A stretch of 61,276 nt of DNA, the filler included. It is 5 parts of 5 records of this genome, joined end to end, with 100 filler letters (N's around TTAATTAATTAA, not from the genome) between each part and the next. Parts side by side here need not be neighbours in the genome. Positions count along the whole stretch, not along the records: positions 53,697 to 61,276 come from DRR378314_2260; 4 more parts are not named here. One strand, given 5' to 3'. This document shows positions 59,052 through 61,276 of this stretch, piece after piece. The notes below the pieces were generated by a model. The model was given only the letters and a program-made list of their open reading frames with translations. It was not told where the DNA came from and did no database searches. Numbering within the stretch: the stretch's first letter is position 1; each line of letters begins with the position of its first letter. A program made the position numbers and the translations under genes.

Positions 59052-60470
59052 TCAGGTGCCGCAGAACGTGGCCTTGACCACCTCATCCTCGGCCGGCGGG
59101 TGACGCAGGTCGGCAAACTCGGCCTCGTCTGCGAAGGGCGTGGTCAGTGCACGCATCATCCGTTCAAACGGCGCAAGGTCCCCCGCCACGGCGGCGGCGA
59201 TCATCTGCTCGATGCGATGGTTGCGCGGGATCAGCACCGGATTGGCCCGCGCCATGATATCTTGAGGTGTGTCCTCATCCGCCAGACGCTGTGTCCAGCG
59301 CTGCTGCCAAGCCTCAAATTGCTCGGGCGCCAAGAACTGATCTCGCGCACCGCCCGTCGTCAAAGCCCTGAAGGTGTTGGTGAAATCCGCCTGCCCGTCG
59401 GCCATCAGGCCCAGCAGGTCGGTAATCAATTCCATGTCCCCCTCTTGCGCACCGGTTATGCCGATCTTGGCGCGGAACCGGCGCAACCAGGCGGCCTCGA
59501 TCATCTCGGGCATCGCATGCACGATCTCTGTCGCCTCTTCGACCACGGCCTCGGGATCGTCGAACTGCTGGATCAGCGCGGTGGCGAGCTGGGCCAGGTT
59601 CCACACCGCGATCTGCGGCTGGTTGGAATAGGCATAGCGCCCCATGCGATCAATGGAGGAAAATACCCGGTTGGGGTGGAACACATCCATGAAGGCACAA
59701 GGACCATAGTCGATGGTCTCGCCCGCGATGGAGGAATTGTCGGTGTTCATCACCCCGTGGATGAAGCCTACGCTCATCCAGGCGGCAATCAGCTCCACCT
59801 GCGCATCACGCACCGCCCGCAACAGCCCCATCGGTCCTTCAGCCTGCGGATAGTGCCGCGCAATGGCGTATTCCGTCAGCGTTTTCAGCGCCTTGGCATC
59901 ACCCCGCGCGGCAAAGATCTGAAAGGTGCCGACGCGCAGATGGCTTTTGGCCACCCGGGTCAAAACCGCGCCGGGCAGGCCGCCCTCGCGCCAGACGGTC
60001 TCGCCGGTTGCCACTGCAGCCAGCGCCCGTGTCGTCGGAATGCCAAGCGCATGCATCGCTTCGGAGACCACATATTCGCGCAGCACCGGCCCCAGCCAGG
60101 CCCGCCCATCGCCGTTGCGCGAATAGGGCGTGGGACCAGAGCCCTTGAGCTGGATATCGCGGCGGATACCATCGCTGCCGACAACTTCGCCCAGCAGCAC
60201 TGCGCGGCCATCGCCCAACTGCGGGTTATAGTTGCCAAACTGGTGGCCCGCGTAGAGCTGCGCCAGCGGCGCGGCCCCGTCGGGTATCGCATTGCCGCCA
60301 AAGATCTCGGCCAGCGCCGCATCTTCCGCGCGCTTCACACCAAGCAGCTCGCCCAGCCCGTCATTGAAGGCCAGCAGACGCGGCGCTTTCACCGGGGTCG
60401 GATCTTGCCGGGTGTAGAAGTCGGGCGCCAGTTGCGCATATGTATTGTCAAACGGGATATTCAGGATCAT
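59052..60470 (-). CDS. ydiU: SelO/YdiU protein adenylyltransferase
   Basis: YAGHQFG, QLGDGRA, QLKGSG.TPYSR.GDGRA, GFIHGVMNTDN, IDYGP, TFCGT terminus. Confidence 0.95.
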   Translation of the reverse strand: MILNIPFDNTYAQLAPDFYTRQDPTPVKAPRLLAFNDGLGELLGVKRAEDAALAEIFGGNAIPDGAAPLAQLYAGHQFGNYNPQLGDGRAVLLGEVVGSDGIRRDIQLKGSGPTPYSRNGDGRAWLGPVLREYVVSEAMHALGIPTTRALAAVATGETVWREGGLPGAVLTRVAKSHLRVGTFQIFAARGDAKALKTLTEYAIARHYPQAEGPMGLLRAVRDAQVELIAAWMSVGFIHGVMNTDNSSIAGETIDYGPCAFMDVFHPNRVFSSIDRMGRYAYSNQPQIAVWNLAQLATALIQQFDDPEAVVEEATEIVHAMPEMIEAAWLRRFRAKIGITGAQEGDMELITDLLGLMADGQADFTNTFRALTTGGARDQFLAPEQFEAWQQRWTQRLADEDTPQDIMARANPVLIPRNHRIEQMIAAAVAGDLAPFERMMRALTTPFADEAEFADLRHPPAEDEVVKATFCGT

Positions 60471-60537
60471 GCGCCAAACATATGGCGCCGCGCCCGGAAT
60501 ACCACCCGCAATCACGCCAAGACCGGAGCAGAATCGC

Positions 60538-60975
60538 ATGACACAGGACATGAGCGCAGACGAGATCATCCACACCCTCGGGCTGGACCGCCATCCCGAG
60601 GGCGGCTGGTACCGCCAGACCTGGATTGAAGACACCCGCGAGGAGACACGCCGCCCCTGTGGCACCTGTATCTATTTCCTGCTGGGCGCGGGCGAGCGCA
60701 GTCATTGGCACCGGGTGGACGCCACCGAGATCTGGCTCTATCACGCGGGCGCTCCGCTGATCCTGTCCCTGTCGGCACGTGATCAGGGGCCGGCCACCGA
60801 CCACATCCTGACCCCGGATCTGCATACCGGCCGTCCGCAGCTGATCGTGCCCAAGGACCATTGGCAGGCCGCGCGCAGCACCGGCGATTGGACGCTGGTC
60901 AGCTGCACCGTGTCGCCGGGGTTCGACTTTGCCGGCTTCACCCTCGCCCCGGAAGACTTTGATATTCCGCGATAA
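60538..60975 (+). CDS. Cupin_5 (DUF985) family protein
   Basis: HPEGGWY, IYFLL, SHWHRV..EIW, WQAA, VSCTVSPGFDF. Confidence 0.92.
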   Translation: MTQDMSADEIIHTLGLDRHPEGGWYRQTWIEDTREETRRPCGTCIYFLLGAGERSHWHRVDATEIWLYHAGAPLILSLSARDQGPATDHILTPDLHTGRPQLIVPKDHWQAARSTGDWTLVSCTVSPGFDFAGFTLAPEDFDIPR

Positions 60976-60996
60976 CCTTCTTGACGCCGTCAGAGA

Positions 60997-61123
60997 GGTT
61001 TCGCTTCGGGCCATGCCCGAAGCGACCCGCGCCGCGCAGCCGTTCCGGCTGCGCGGCGCTTGGCCCAACGGGAGCGGAGGCATTTTACATGCATCGCGCG
61101 ACGGGCGGGAGCGCTCGCTGCCC
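60997..61123 (-). repeat. Structured intergenic repeat element, copy 2
   Basis: Minus strand CTCCCGCCC-N32-CGTTGGGCC, 14-bp stem with GAA loop, 11-bp stem ending in GAAACC. Confidence 0.65.
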
Positions 61124-61128
61124 AGTGG

Positions 61129-61276
61129 CTATGCGTCGCAATCGGCGCGCATACTCCAACCGTCGGGCACTGTCAGGATTCCACCGCCAACACAGGCCCG
61201 CACGCCGGTGGTGCGCGGCGCGGAGGTCGCCAGACCACGCGCCACCCGCACAGCCAGATAGGCAAAGGCCTGCGCC
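61129..61276 (-). CDS. anmK: Anhydro-N-acetylmuramic acid kinase, C-terminal fragment
   Basis: Manual translation [28 protein letters not shown], matching the AnmK C-terminus. Confidence 0.8.
   Translation of the reverse strand, partial: AQAFAYLAVRVARGLATSAPRTTGVRACVGGGILTVPDGWSMRADCDA

Noticed and set aside
59100-60629. 509-aa ORF antisense to ydiU
   Set aside because: Shadow ORF opposite a strongly conserved GC3-rich gene; no recognisable motifs

Overview
The window is not contiguous. It consists of five contigs (1-19027, 19128-34821, 34922-44252, 44353-53596, 53697-61276) joined by artificial 100-nt linkers (N44-TTAATTAATTAA-N44). Gene content points to a marine Rhodobacteraceae/Roseobacter-group bacterium (inference). 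Contig A: a tRNA-Ser 3' end, then an accessory block (HdeD, DUF1269, LysR, a frameshifted cardiolipin synthase, EEP hydrolase, PLD, minimal K+ channel, and a phnDCEE-like ABC transporter with three phosphatases and a Na/Pi-PhoU transporter but no C-P lyase), a YeeE pair, two secreted proteins, rlmE and ppx. Contig B: a galactoside uptake / De Ley-Doudoroff cluster that includes an in-frame fusion of a catalytically stripped GH1 domain to glucokinase. Contigs C-E: mostly core genes (class II DAHP synthase, yicC-gmk, phoR-pstS, xseB-ispA-dxs, a Nav channel, ade, eno, fur, DEAD-box helicase, ydiU, anmK). Best leads: (1) the GH1-pseudoenzyme/glucokinase fusion; (2) the phn-like uptake/dephosphorylation/Pi-export module with an atypical HAD enzyme; (3) two copies of a ~125-nt intergenic element that keeps its structure but not its stem sequence; (4) a ~280-nt highly structured leader upstream of the DEAD-box helicase; (5) a PAS protein with upstream CtrA boxes and an SspB-like tail. 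I saw no CRISPR array, transposase, integrase or rRNA. All product calls come from motif recognition by eye, not database searches.
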